From Octopus bimaculoides (Eukaryota), in the NCBI RefSeq assembly GCF_001194135.2, contig NC_068994.1:6353808-6417720 (forward strand): a DNA stretch of 63,913 nt. Reading direction: 5' to 3'. Below are positions 28,446-42,040 of the stretch, in pieces (position 1 is the stretch's first letter; the number at the start of each line of letters is the position of its first letter). The notes below the pieces were generated by a model, which worked only from the letters and a program-made list of their open reading frames with translations, had not been told where the DNA came from and ran no database searches. The translations under genes and the position numbers were made by a program.

Positions 28446-29479
28446 TGCGTATAACTATGTGTGTGTATGTTTGTGTGCATGTGTGTGCCTTTATTGCTTT
28501 GTGCGTGTCTATTTATTTGTGTGTGTGCGTGCGTGCGTGCGTTTGTGTGTGTATGTATGTGTGTACATATGTGTGTATAGTGTATATATGTGTGTGTAAA
28601 CACACATATATCACATATATATGCGTATAAATTTATGATTATCTGATCCTACGTATATATGTATGTATAGATACATATACAATGTATGCATGTGTATGTG
28701 TATATATATATATAAATATATANNNNNNNNNNNNNNNNNNNNNNNNNNNNNNNNNNNNNNNNNNNNNNNNNNNNNNNNNNNNNNNNNNNNNNNNNNNNNN
28801 NNNNNNNNNNNNNNNNNNNNNNNNNNNNNNNNNNNNNNNNNNNNNNNNNNNNNNNNNNNNNNNNNNNNNNNNNNNNNNNNNNNNNNNNNNNNNNNNNNNN
28901 NNNNNNNNNNNNNNNNNNNNNNNNNNNNNNNNNNNNNNNNNNNNNNNNNNNNNNNNNNNNNNNNNNNNNNNNNNNNNNNNNNNNNNNNNNNNNNNNNNNN
29001 NNNNNNNNNNNNNNNNNNNNNNNNNNNNNNNNNNNNNNNNNNNNNNNNNNNNNNNNNNNNNNNNNNNNNNNNNNNNNNNNNNNNNNNNNNNNNNNNNNNN
29101 NNNNNNNNNNNNNNNNNNNNNNNNNNNNNNNNNNNNNNNNNNNNNNNNNNNNNNNNNNNNNNNNNNNNNNNNNNNNNNNNNNNNNNNNNNNNNNNNNNNN
29201 NNNNNNNNNNNNNNNNNNNNNNNNNNNNNNNNNNNNNNNNNNNNNNNNNNNNNNNNNNNNNNNNNNNNNNNNNNNNNNNNNNNNNNNNNNNNNNNNNNNN
29301 NNNNNNNNNNNNNNNNNNNNNNGGGGGGGGGGCAGAAAGAGATACTTTTACGTGTTTATTGGACCCACTAGAAATAGCGTTCAAATTTCCCTCAAATCGC
29401 ATCGTATGGACTTTACCGGCCCACTGACTGCAGCAGTAAAAACTGTGAATGAAAGAAAGCTATATATACAAGCCCACGA

Positions 29480-29533
29480 GAGAGAGACAGACATAGACAG
29501 CGAGAGAGAGACAAACAGACAGACATAGACAGC

Positions 29534-29565
<32 letters not shown>

Positions 29566-29760
29566 TAGACAGCGAGTGAGAGACAGAGACAGACAGACAT
29601 AGACAGCGAGAGAGAGAGAGACAGACAGACATAGACAGCGAGAGAGAGAAACAGACAGACATAGACAGCGAGCGAGAGAGAGAGAAAGGCAGACATAGAC
29701 AGCGAGAGAGAGAGAAAGGCAGACATAGACAGCGAGAGAGAGAGAGAGAGAGAGAAGGTA
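29480..29760. repeat. Compound minisatellite GACAGACATAGACAGCGA(GA)n
   Basis: The core gacatagacagcga recurs with variable (GA)n spacers. Confidence 0.9.
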
Positions 29761-30718
29761 GGCACAGAGAGAGGGGGCAGAGAGAGGGGGAGGCAGAGAG
29801 GGGGGGCAGAGAGAGAGAAAAGAGACCTCCATGTGAATCACTCGACTCATTGGAAATATCGTCCAAGTTTCCCTTAAATCACATTTTGCTATCAAAGCAG
29901 GGAAAGTTACTCATACAAACCAACGTTGGGGACCTCTACGTGGTCATCAGACCGGCTAAAAACAGCATCCGAATTTCACTAAAACCACAGCTTACTGTCT
30001 TTAAAAATAAGGATATGATTCATTGAATAACTTTGGATATAAACCATAACAGAGATTTGGCTGAGTGGTTAACGTATACGTTTTGCAGTCACAAAGTTCC
30101 AGGTTCGATCTCACTGCAGCGAGACATTTTGAGCAAAAGCATTTTTAGTATAGTTTAAGGCAGATCCAATCCTCGTGAATGAAATAGGGTTGACGGAAAT
30201 TGTAATGAAGCCCGTCGTGGTAATCAGAACTTTTTATTTTTAAGACGATGCGAAACACTATGCCTGAAGACATCCCAAAAGGCGGGATGTGCGCGCATGG
30301 AGAGTCTTTGATCCTAGCTTTATTCGATCAGCGTTGAAGTAGAGGTTACTCTATGCCAACAACAGTCATAGAGTCGAAAAATCACCAGCATCTGAACTTA
30401 ATGTCTAAAGTTGATCAACGTTAATTAAGTGAAGCACTCTATAATAACATATATACACACACACACACAAACACATTCACGTACACACAGACACACACAA
30501 ACACATTCACGTACACACAGACACACACAAACGGTCAAAGACGCACACATATATTATATATACATAGTTGTATGCCCCGGTGAACTAATATGTTGATGTG
30601 ATGTCAGCGGGGTTGAGGATGGGCGGGGAAGCGAAGGACGACAGAACACCATTCGGCTTGTTGATCTTGACGATCGAAGTCATCGATGCGTGATTATTGA
30701 ATGTACGATGATACGAGG

Positions 30719-30776
<58 letters not shown>

Positions 30777-30809
30777 GTGTGCATGTGTGTGTATGCATAT
30801 GTATGTATG

Positions 30810-30840
<31 letters not shown>

Positions 30841-32111
30841 ATGTNNNNNNNNNNNNNNNNNNNNNNNNNNNNNNNNNNNNNNNNNNNNNNNNNNNNNNNN
30901 NNNNNNNNNNNNNNNNNNNNNNNNNNNNNNNNNNNNNNNNNNNNNNNNNNNNNNNNNNNNNNNNNNNNNNNNNNNNNNNNNNNNNNNNNNNNNNNNNNNN
31001 NNNNNNNNNNNNNNNNNNNNNNNNNNNNNNNNNNNNNNNNNNNNNNNNNNNNNNNNNNNNNNNNNNNNNNNNNNNNNNNNNNNNNNNNNNNNNNNNNNNN
31101 NNNNNNNNNNNNNNNNNNNNNNNNNNNNNNNNNNNNNNNNNNNNNNNNNNNNNNNNNNNNNNNNNNNNNNNNNNNNNNNNNNNNNNNNNNNNNNNNNNNN
31201 NNNNNNNNNNNNNNNNNNNNNNNNNNNNNNNNNNNNNNNNNNNNNNNNNNNNNNNNNNNNNNNNNNNNNNNNNNNNNNNNNNNATATATATATATGCATG
31301 TGTGTATGTATGTATGTATGTATACGTATACACACATACACATAATACACACATACACATAATACACACACACGAAGAGAGTGAGTGAGGGAATAAAATT
31401 GAGAGGAAACTTAGATTGGTACACCAATGAGTGTGTATATGTGTTAACGTTTGTGTATGTATTTTGCATACGTACACCTGTGTGTATGTGTGTATGTGTG
31501 TTTAGCGCGAAAATGAGGAAAATGTGTTAAGTGATAGATGTAATAATTTTTTTTCGTTCTTTCTTTATTTATTTATATATTATTTTTCCTTATGTTTTAT
31601 GGGGTGTGTTTTTTATGAGAAAGTACCGGAAATGATAGTGTGACACTACAATTGATGAAATAGATCTACAAAAAACGAAAGCAACCACAACAACAACATC
31701 GACAATAACAGCCATGGCTGCAACAGCATCGGCAATGCTGCATTTCCGGTAAAGAACAAAAAATATTAAGCATGGTACGTTTTACTTCGTACTCAAGCAT
31801 ACAGGCGTTCACACCTATGTATATACGCATAAAGGTGCGCGATTATACATGTGTGCATGGATATGTGTGGGTGTGCGCGTGTGTGTGTGTGTGTGTTTAG
31901 ATGGATGAAACATGCAGGTATAACTATAGATAGATAGATAAATTGGAAAGACAAACTGCACCTCCATTTCTGTATATCTATTTATATGCACGAACACACA
32001 CACACACACACACATACATACATACATATACGCACATACGTACATACATACACACATGCATACGTACATACATAAATATTATGCTACATTATATTAAATA
32101 GATAGTACAAG

Positions 32112-32169
<58 letters not shown>

Positions 32170-32270
32170 GTAGATAGCTAGCTAGCTAGCTAGCTAGCTA
32201 GCTAGATAGATAGATAAATAGATAGATAGGTAGGTAGGTAGGTAGGTAGGTAGGTAGGTAGGTGGGTAAG

Positions 32271-32339
<69 letters not shown>

Positions 32340-32971
32340 GCACACACATAATACAGAGAACGATAGATTGACTGATTCATTGATTGATTGATTGATTTCA
32401 ATAAACAATTTTGATTAGATAGAGATACTTGCATATCAGGTGTTTATGAGTACAATTCAATTCTTATATGTATATGTCTGTGTGTGTGTGTATATATCTA
32501 CTCATACATACATATATATATGTATGTATGTATTTATGTATGTGTTCTTTAAACACAAATTGCAATTTAAATTTGTGATCTGCAAATGGTGCTTTTTAAA
32601 AAATTTAATTCTAGATTTCTATATAAATCTCATTGAAATTAAGCGATTGAAAGGAAAACACAGAATACAAAATGAAAAATGAAAAATAAAAGAAAGAAAT
32701 GAAAAATAAAAGAAAGAAATGAAAAAGAAAAACGACGAAATGTGTTTTGTTTCCATAACACTTTCATTAGCTCGCAGCTGTTTCTGCTCCAAATAAGCGT
32801 ATGCTCAGAGCGTAACTAAGAATGTTGCTGCCAATCAATTGACTGTATAGAAAGAAGTCTGCTCCCAACCACATGATTTCAGATTCAGTCCTACTGCATG
32901 GCAGCATGGGCAAGAGTCTTTTACAAGACTTGTGAGTGGATTTGTTAGACGTAGAGTACTCAATATCGTAA

Positions 32972-33271
32972 GGCTGAGCACTCCACAGACACGTGTACCC
33001 TTAACGTAGTTCTCGGGGATATTCAGCGTGACACAGAGTGTGACAAGGTTGTCCCCTTTGAATTATAGGCAGAACAGAAACAGGAAGTAAGAGTGAGAGA
33101 AAGTTGTGGTGAAAGAGTACAGCAGGGTTCGCCATCATCTCCTGTTGGAGCCTCGTGGAGCTTTTAAGTGTTTTCGCCCAATAAACACTCACAACGCCCG
33201 GTCTGGGAATCGAAACCGCGATCCTATGACCGCGAGTCCGCTGCCCTAACCACTGGGCCATTGCGCCTCCA
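32972..33271 (-). mobile_element. SINE family C, 3'-truncated
   Basis: Same head (GGAGGCGCAATGGCCCAGTGGTTAGGGCAGCGGACTC...) and body as the 6469 and 42259 copies; tail missing. Confidence 0.85.
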
Positions 33272-34240
33272 CGCACATAGATATATGCATGTATGTACAC
33301 ACATATATGTATGTGTGTGTTATTATTATATATTATATATTATTGTCCAATTACGTTTTCATCCGCTAGGAAAAGCAAGCACCGAATATGAGACTATAAT
33401 ATTGTAAAGATATTGTATGCGTGTGGATGGTTGTGTGTACGTGCGGCGGTAACATTTTTCATATTCTATAGCAATGCGAAAAAGGAAGCAGATATTGTAA
33501 GTGTGTGAAGAAGACAAAATAATTCCTGTCGATGAATAACCCATTCTGCGGTAATGGTAAAAAGTTCTTACGTTGTGATACGTTTTTATACCAAATAAAA
33601 GTTCTATGAAGCCACTTGCTGAATTGAAGTCTTTCAGTTGTCATAACATAAACAAAAATTAACTTAAATTGATGGCTAAATGTTCGGTTTCTTCCGGTGT
33701 CAAAAGTCGTGTAAATTCCCGCAGAATCGTTCGATGTTTGCAAACAAAGCAATTTCATTCGTCAATAAACTGTTAGTTTGTTTGTTTGTTAGTTAGTTTT
33801 GTTTTATTATTATTATTTCTTTTTTTTTTATCTGGGCAGCAATTTAGGCCTAATAGATTCCATTGTATTAATGGCGATGCAGTGTTTACTCACATTGGTG
33901 TCTGATGTAAGCGACTTAACAGTTGTCGTACAAATCATTTGCTGTCACTTCAACTGTGGATGGCAACGCTATACAGTAAAATAAATGGACGGATTTAAGA
34001 GGTAGTTAATGAATGGGGGGCGGGAGTGTACGTGCGTGCGTGTATATGTATGCGTGTATTATGTACCTAGACTATATACATGAATGTATTTATGTCTGCG
34101 TATGTACATTATATTTACACATATAAATAGTTGTATAAATACATAAACGTACACACACGTATACATATATATATATATTATATATATACATATATAAATA
34201 TACTACACATATATATATGTTTGTATGTATTAATATGTAA

Positions 34241-34272
<32 letters not shown>

Positions 34273-34780
34273 GCGTGTGTATGTGTGTGTGTGGGTATGT
34301 GTATCTATATGTATGTATATATATATGTGTGTATGTGTGTGCGTATATGTATGTATTTGTACACATATATGAGTTCATATTGTTTCAATGCTATACCGTA
34401 CTTTAGTATATACCTGTAGAGCTTTTCTACACAGCACAATTATACATTCACGGATGTAAACATAAATTGTTGGCTAACAGTCTCTTGCTATACACACTAG
34501 TACAACATACCACTGAAAAAACCCCCCAAAAAACACTGTTAAAGCACCAATAATTCATTTATAATAATAGCTGCCAATAATGCGCTGTAGTAGGCAAATC
34601 GCTCTGTTCGATCTACTTCAGTTCTTAGTAACATTGGCTTTATAAACAAAAGTGTTCCCGTGGACATTTGAAGAGGGTATTCTCAGAACAGTTACAAATA
34701 CATTTAACACAGTATTAAAATCTAGACTGGCTGATTATTTGGGTGTATATATATATATGTTTATATATTTATATATATAC

Positions 34781-34842
<62 letters not shown>

Positions 34843-34859
34843 AACAAGAACATAACAGA

Positions 34860-35780
34860 CGACAATGAAAAGAGACGGACATATAGACGATACAAAGACG
34901 GACAGGAAAACCATTACGGAACATTCGTGCCTTTCTATCAGTCAAGCTTCCAATCATCATTACAGTTTCGGCCTGTTACACTTGAGACTGTTCAGTATTG
35001 GTAGGCCCCCAAAAATCTAAGCTAAGGGCATTAAATTTTGGGAAGACTGCGAGCGAATATGTGCGACTACACGGACGAAAAGACGAGAAAACGGAGAAAA
35101 TGTTACACGATTACAAATGCAAGCAACAAGAATAAGAACAGGTGAAGTTAAACTGGCGTGTGAAGTGGAAGCCTTACGGCAAGAAACATAGATGGAAGTC
35201 AGGAGACTGGAAAATAAGGTGTTGTGTAATGGCGGTCAGCCGAAGAAAGATTATGCTTGGCCGAGCACCGATCACGTGGGAGGAACAGAGAGGGGTAGGG
35301 AGCAAAGGGATTGAAGAATTAGGGAAGGAACAAGTGAGAGAGAGAGAGGGAGAGAGAGAAAAGTAGAGAGAAGGACAGAGGGAAAAGTACAAAGGAGATA
35401 ACAGAGGAAAAATTAAGAGATTAAAGAAAGAGAATGCCAAGAAATGTGAGAGAGGGGGAACGAGAAAAAGAATAATGGAAAGAAAGAAATGCCAAGAAAG
35501 TGAGAGAAGAGGAGCGAGAAAAAGAAAAGAGGAAAGAAAGAAGAAAGTCGTACAGAATTTAGATATATACTTACAAGCTGAGCAAAAGGTGTACGTACGC
35601 CGCTATGTGTATATATATATAAGTCCAAAAAACGGAACAAGAAGGTAACGGGTGACAATGAAAACAGACGGACAGATGGGCGATACAAAGACATTAAGGG
35701 AATTAAATTTTTGGAAGAAATCGAGTGAATATGTGCAACAACACGGACGAAAAGACGAGAAAACGGAGAAAATGTTACAC
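34860..35780. repeat. Partially duplicated unclassified repeat (34860-35110 and 35640-35780), possibly Penelope-like
   Basis: cacggacgaaaagacgagaaaacggagaaaatgttacac is identical in both copies, and gacaatgaaaa..gacggaca....gatacaaagac is shared. The second copy has an internal deletion. The class assignment is inference. Confidence 0.55.
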
Positions 35781-36102
35781 CATTACATGACTCCTTTTCT
35801 TTTCTCCAAATTCACTTCTCTTTTTGCCATCCCTTTTCCCGCCTCTTCTTCACTTCCCTCTGTTTCTGTGTATACCACTCTCTCTCTCTCACACACACAC
35901 ACATTTCACATCTCTCCCTCTACCGCTCTCTCTCATTCTCTTTCTCCTCCCCCTCTCTCTCTCTCTCTCAACATCTCAACTTATTTAATCCGTTGTTACA
36001 CATTAATGGTGAGTTACACGAAAATGAAAATTCCGTCAATCCAGAGAAAATCGCTTCAGTCATCTTATTTTGATTAATTACGTGCTTTTCGTCAATCACG
36101 AG

Positions 36103-36116
36103 TGTCGTCGTCGTCG

Positions 36117-36165
<49 letters not shown>

Positions 36166-36330
36166 TGCCGTCATCATCACCATCGTCATCAACGTCGTCG
36201 TCATCATACTTAATCAGCTTTTTGTTTGGTTAATGGCACCTTAATTTTCATATTTATCGCCACCATCTTTCAGCTCTTCCTCTTCCTCCTCTTCCACCTC
36301 ATCATCGTTATCCTCACCACCACCACCACC

Positions 36331-36364
<34 letters not shown>

Positions 36365-36450
36365 TCATCATCATTATAATCGTTATTGTCATCATTATTA
36401 TCCTCATAATCAACATCGGCATCGTCATCATCATTATCATAATCGTTGTC

Positions 36451-36491
<41 letters not shown>

Positions 36492-36911
36492 CACTATCGT
36501 AGTCGTCGTCATCATCATCATCATCATCATTATCATCATCGCCATCATCCCCGTTATCAACATTATCGTCATATATTATTCCTTTCCTAAATAATTGAAA
36601 GACAGTAAGAACACATCTTAATCAACATCATCATAATCTTCGTCGTGCCCATCACCAGCAGCAGCAGCACCAACATCAGCAACGCCGCCGCCACCACCGT
36701 CGCCGCTTTCACCGCCACCCTACCATCCCGACCACCGCCATCACTCTCGCCTTCCTAACTATCTTCGTAAGTTATCATCCTCCACCGTCATCATCCGGCT
36801 CTTCCTCCTCCTTCTTCACCTCATCATCACCAACATCATCATCGCCATCAACAACATCACCACCATCACCATCGTCATCATCATCATCATCACCAACATC
36901 ATCATTATCAC

Positions 36912-36970
<59 letters not shown>

Positions 36971-37030
36971 ACTTCATCACCATCAACTTCATCATCATCT
37001 CCATCATCATCATCGCCATCATCATCATCA
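36103..37030. repeat. Trinucleotide microsatellite mosaic (ATC/CAC/GTA/GTC)
   Basis: Read directly; it yields poly-D/I/M/V pseudo-ORFs. Confidence 0.9.
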
Positions 37031-38367
37031 TTATCCCATTCCATTAATATCATTTTGCTGCACATTGTTTGATGTTATCAATACAATATCACACGCACTT
37101 ACAAAACAAGCATACATATTTACATGTACGTACGTACGTACGTGTGTGTGTGTGTGTGTGTGTGCGTGTGTGTGTGTGTGTGTGCTTGTGTGTGTGTGTG
37201 TGTGTGTCTGTGCGTGTCTGTGCTTGTACGGTAGAAGNNNNNNNNNNNNNNNNNNNNNNNNNNNNNNNNNNNNNNNNNNNNNNNNNNNNNNNNNNNNNNN
37301 NNNNNNNNNNNNNNNNNNNNNNNNNNNNNNNNNNNNNNNNNNNNNNNNNNNNNNNNNNNNNNNNNNNNNNNNNNNNNNNNNNNNNNNNNNNNNNNNNNNN
37401 NNNNNNNNNNNNNNNNNNNNNNNNNNNNNNNNNNNNNNNNNNNNNNNNNNNNNNNNNNNNNNNNNNNNNNNNNNNNNNNNNNNNNNNNNNNNNNNNNNNN
37501 NNNNNNNNNNNNNNNNNNNNNNNNNNNNNNNNNNNNNNNNNNNNNNNNNNNNNNNNNNNNNNNNNNNNNNNNNNNNNNNNNNNNNNNNNNNNNNNNNNNN
37601 NNNNNNNNNNNNNNNNNNNNNNNNNNNNNNNNNNNNNNNNNNNNNNNNNNNNNNNNNNNNNNNNNNNNNNNNNNNNNNNNNNNNNNNNNNNNNNNNNNNN
37701 NNNNNNNNNNNNNNNNNNNNNNNNNNNNNNNNNNNNNNNNNNNNNNNNNNNNNNNNNNNNNNNNNNNNNNNNNNNNNNNNNNNNNNNNNNNNNNNNNNNN
37801 NNNNNNNNNNNNNNNNNNNNNNNNNNNNNNNNNNNNNNNNNNNNNNNNNNNNNNNNNNNNNNNNNNNNNNNNNNNNNNNNNNNNNNNNNNNNNNNNNNNN
37901 NNNNNNNNNNNNNNNTATTTATAAATATAAATATGTATATACATACATATACACATATATACATACATACACACATACATACATACGTACATACACACAT
38001 ACATACATACATACGTACGTACATACATACATACATACATACACATACATACATACATACATACATACGTACGTACATACATACATACACATACATACAT
38101 ACATACATACACATACATACATACATACATATATGCATATAACTATAATTGTTGTACTAAAGGTCACAGTTACAAAGAACTTAATATACTGAGGAGCACT
38201 GTTACAACGAAACAATGGCGTAGATAATAAAACTGAAAATTGGGGGAATGGTAAGAGACAACAGTGTAAAAGAAAAGGGTGAGATGGGAAGGGGAGGCGG
38301 CGTTGGACAATGTTATTAGAGAACCGAAACGCCATTTACACATATACGTATGTGTGTGTGTGAGTGT

Positions 38368-38511
38368 GTTATTTCTTTACTACCCACAAGGGGCTACACA
38401 CAGGGGGGACAAACAAGGACAGACAAACGGATTAAGTCGATTATATCGATCCCAAGTGCGTAACTGGTACTTATTTAATCGACCCTGAAAGGATGAAAGG
38501 CAAAGTCGACC
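38368..38511 (-). mobile_element. SINE family A 3' half
   Basis: Reverse complement of the family A centre and tail; abuts a family B fragment. Confidence 0.75.
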
Positions 38512-38663
38512 GCTATCTTTTGCCGAACTGCTAAGTTACGCGAAAACATAAACCCATCTACCACGAGGCTGCAAAGCGAGCTTCTTCAACCACACAGCGC
38601 TGCCTGTGTCATCATAGCATTTGAATAATTTCTTTTTCTTTTTTTCAAAAAAAAAAAATTATA

Positions 38664-38714
<51 letters not shown>

Positions 38715-39211
38715 CCCCAATTATTTTTCTCTGCTTCTTTTTCTGTTTCGTCTTACGTCATATTTTCTCCAGTCTGTTTCCTCGCTTTAGTTCCAAATTG
38801 ACAGAATACACACAGGAATAACAAATCTTCGCAATTCCCAAGACGTTCATCTAACTTCTGTCTTTCGTTTGCCACACATTTCCCCGAATGTATTAAACAT
38901 CGAAAGAACGTATTACGTCAAATTATGAACGAACGTTGTCATATTTTAGCAATAATCTTTCGAGTCGGCTTTGTCTAGCATATCTCTTTTAGTTTGATTC
39001 TGTTTAACGATTGCTGCACTAGCTTTTATCGCTCACATAATTTAGGCAATGGATTGCGACCATGCTGGAGCAAAGACTATACGGGTGTGGTCGTGCAAAT
39101 CAGCCCAGTATTTATTAGTATTCTTTTTTTAAGCCCGGTAATTATTCTGTCCCTCTCTTTTGCCGAGCCACTAAGTTACGGGGGACATAAACAAACCAGC
39201 TAAGGTAGAAT

Positions 39212-39530
39212 ACAAACAAGGACAAACAAGAGGACAAACAAGGACAGACAAAGGGATTAAGTCGATTACATCGACCCCAGTGCGTAACTGGTACTTATTT
39301 AATCGACCCTGAAAGGATGAAAGGTAAAGTCGACCCAGGCGGAATTTGAACTCAGAACGTAACGGTCCTCTACATTCTGAGTTCAGTTCCTAACGAGTTC
39401 AACTTTGCTTTTTATTATTACTCTTGAGTCGGTAGGACAAAATACCAATCAATTGTACCAGCCGGTCGTATCGACTACTTTCCAACCCCAAAGTTGCTGG
39501 CCTTGTATCTGAGTTAGAAGAATCGTTTCA
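39212..39530. mobile_element. Two abutting family A SINEs in opposite orientation (minus 39212-39362, degenerate plus 39363-39530)
   Basis: ggaatttgaactcagaacgt (39341-39360) and acattctgagttcagttcc (39372-39390) are near reverse complements across an 11-nt spacer. Confidence 0.7.
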
Positions 39531-40350
39531 AGTATTAATANNNNNNNNNNNNNNNNNNNNNNNNNNNNNNNNNNNNNNNNNNNNNNNNNNNNNNNNNNNN
39601 NNNNNNNNNNNNNNNNNNNNNNNNNNNNNNNNNNNNNNNNNNNNNNNNNNNNNNNNNNNNNNNNNNNNNNNNNNNNNNNNNNNNNNNNNNNNNNNNNNNN
39701 NNNNNNNNNNNNNNNNNNNNNNNNNNNNNNNNNNNNNNNNNNNNNNNNNNNNNNNNNNNNNNNNNNNNNNNNNNNNNNNNNNNNNNNNNNNNNNNNNNNN
39801 NNNNNNNNNNNNNNNNNNNNNNNNNNNNNNNNNNNNNNNNNNNNNNNNNNNNNNNNNNNNNNNNNNNNNNNNNNNNNNNNNNNNNNNNNNNNNNNNNNNN
39901 NNNNNNNNNNNNNNNNNNNNNNNNNNNNNNNNNNNNNNNNNNNNNNNNNNNNNNNNNNNNNNNNNNNNNNNNNNNNNNNNNNNNNNNNNNNNNNNNNNNN
40001 NNNNNNNNNNNNNNNNNNNNNNNNNNNNNNNNNNNNNNNNNNNNNNNNNNNNNNNNNNNNNNNNNNNNNNNNNNNNNNNNNNNNNNNNNNNNNNNNNNNN
40101 NNNNNNNNNNNNNNNNNNNNNNNNNNNNNNNNNNNNNNNNNNNNNNNNNNNNNNNNNNNNNNNNNNNNNNNNNNNNNNNNNNNNNNNNNNNNNNNNNNNN
40201 NNNNNNNNNNNNNNNNNNNNNNNNNNNNNNNNNNNNNNNNNNNNNNNNNNNNNNNNNNNNNNNNNNNNNNNNNNNNNNNNNNNNNNNNNNNNNNNNNNNN
40301 NNNNNNNNNNNNNNCCTTGTGCCTATTGTAGAATTTATTATTATTATTAC

Positions 40351-40432
<82 letters not shown>

Positions 40433-40434
40433 AT

Positions 40435-40627
40435 TAAAGTGGTGAGCTGGCAGAATCGTTAGCACGCCAGGTGAAATTCTTAGCAGTATTTCATCCGTCT
40501 TCACGTTCTGAGTTCAAATTCTGCCAAGGTCGACTTTGCCTTTCATCCTTTCCTTTCGGGGATGATGAAATAAGTACCAGTTACACACTGGGATCGATGT
40601 AAAGGCCTTTTACCTTTAGTAGAAAGG

Positions 40628-40681
<54 letters not shown>

Positions 40682-40780
40682 TCGGGGTCGATAAATTAAG
40701 TACCAGTTGAGTACTGGGGTCGATATATAATCGACTTAACCCTCCCCCAAATTTCAGGCCTTGTGCCTATAGTAGAAAGG
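40435..40780 (+). mobile_element. SINE family A copy plus a second 3' half, separated by (TTA)n
   Basis: taaagtggtgagctggcagaatcgttagcacgcc... at 40435; the 3' half restarts at 40661 ttcggggtcgataaattaagtaccag. Confidence 0.8.
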
Positions 40781-40797
40781 ATTATTATTATTATTAC

Positions 40798-40917
<120 letters not shown>

Positions 40918-41005
40918 GTTGTTGTTGTTGTTGTTGATATGTTATGCTATTATAGATCACTATTATTATTATTATTCTTATTGTTATTCCTTTTGTATTT
41001 TTCAG

Positions 41006-41251
41006 TGTGCACAATAATGTCGAAAGAAGTTTTCGCTGTTTTCGGAAAGGCAAACACATCAATGCTTGCTACAGTCAAGTCGTACAGTAACACATTTCAG
41101 ATTCCATATCTGACTACAAGTATGGCGATGAATACTTCAGACCCAACACCTTATATACTCTTCCTCCGACCTATGTATGTAAAGGCCATTGTTGATTTGA
41201 TACACCATTTTCAATGGGATGTTGTTCACTATGTCTATATATCCAATGAAG
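41006..41251 (+). CDS. GRIA: GluA-like ATD exon (equivalent to vertebrate GRIA exon 3), 246 nt, phase 1/1
   Basis: Acceptor ttttgtatttttcag|TG, donor GAAG|gtaggt. Encodes (V)CTIMSKEVFAVFGKANTSMLATVKSYSNTFQIPYLTTSMAMNTSDPTPYILFLRPMYVKAIVDLIHHFQWDVVHYVYISNE(G), which aligns by eye to GluA2 FCSQFSRGVYAIFG...[30 protein letters not shown]. Confidence 0.95.
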
Positions 41252-41265
41252 GTAGGTACAAACGA

Positions 41266-41343
41266 TATTACTACATGCTATTACTACATGCTATTACTAC
41301 ATGCTATTACTACATGCTATTACTACATGCTATTACTACATGC
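41266..41343. repeat. 13-bp minisatellite (TATTACTACATGC) x6 perfect copies at intron position +15
   Basis: Six exact copies counted. Confidence 0.95.
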
Positions 41344-41843
41344 TACATGTTTCATGCTAAACATGTAGCATTATCACATACTACGTTCACCCTTTCTTTT
41401 CCATTTAGTCTCTATGTGGGACTCCTTTCCGCTCTTTCCTTCCTTCTCTCTCTACCTCTCTCTCCCACTCTTTCTCACTCTCCGTCTCTCTCCTCTCTTT
41501 TCCCCTCTCCCCTTTCTCTCCTCTCTTTCTCTCTGCCCTTCTCACTCCCCCTCTTTCTCACATTCTGTATGTCCCTCTCTTTGTCCCTCTCTCTCTCTCT
41601 CTCTCTCTCTCACCCTTTCACCATCTCTCTCCTCTCTCTCCTCCTCTCTTCTTTTGCTCTCCCCCTCTCTCTCTCTCTCTACTCCTCTCACTCCTCACTT
41701 TCTCTCCCTCTCTCTGTATCTCTCTCTCTCAGTCTCCCTCCTGCTCTCTTCCCCCTCACTCTCTCCCCCTCTCTCTCTCTCACTTTCTCTGTGCTTCAAA
41801 GTCCTAACTCTCCCTCCTTTACTCTCCTTTTCCTCAACGCCAG

Positions 41844-42040
41844 GTCTGATGCGAGTACAGCAGCTGTTTCAGGTGATGGGAAAAAGTGAACACCAGGTTA
41901 CACTTAATGTGAAACGTGCGACCGACGTCAACAGTAGCTACGCTATTCTCAAAGATTTGCATGAAAAAGAGCCTGAAATAAACTTCCACACAGTACTGGA
42001 CATGTCCATTCAAATGGCCAGTAATTTAATGAAGCAATTA
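41844..42040 (+). CDS. GRIA: GluA-like ATD exon (equivalent to GRIA exon 4), 197 nt, phase 1/0
   Basis: Long pyrimidine tract then caacgccag|GT, donor CAATTA|gtaagt. Encodes (G)LMRVQQLFQVMGKSEHQVTLNVKRATDVNSSYAILKDLHEKEPEINFHTVLDMSIQMASNLMKQL and joins the previous exon in frame (G+GT=Gly). Compare GluA GLSTLQAVL...RRVILDCE...IVDQ. Confidence 0.92.

Noticed and set aside
30250-30295. gcgaaac...CTGAAGA-catccc-aaaaggc-gggatg hairpin
   Set aside because: A good 7-bp hairpin, but no GAAA follows helix II and there is no room for helices I and III in the permuted order.
33840-33906. AG/GT-bounded 67-nt segment (also a 75-nt segment at 1795-1869)
   Set aside because: No GluA similarity, phases incompatible with the 41006 exon, and such pairs are expected by chance.
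38188-38220. CTGAGGA...CGAAAC motif
   Set aside because: No helix II beyond one pair, and no U at position 16.1.
38777-38825. Acceptor followed by LFPRFSSKLTEYTQE*, resembling GluA2 GGLFPRGADQEY
   Set aside because: Wrong phase for the expected exon and an in-frame stop after 15 codons; coincidence.
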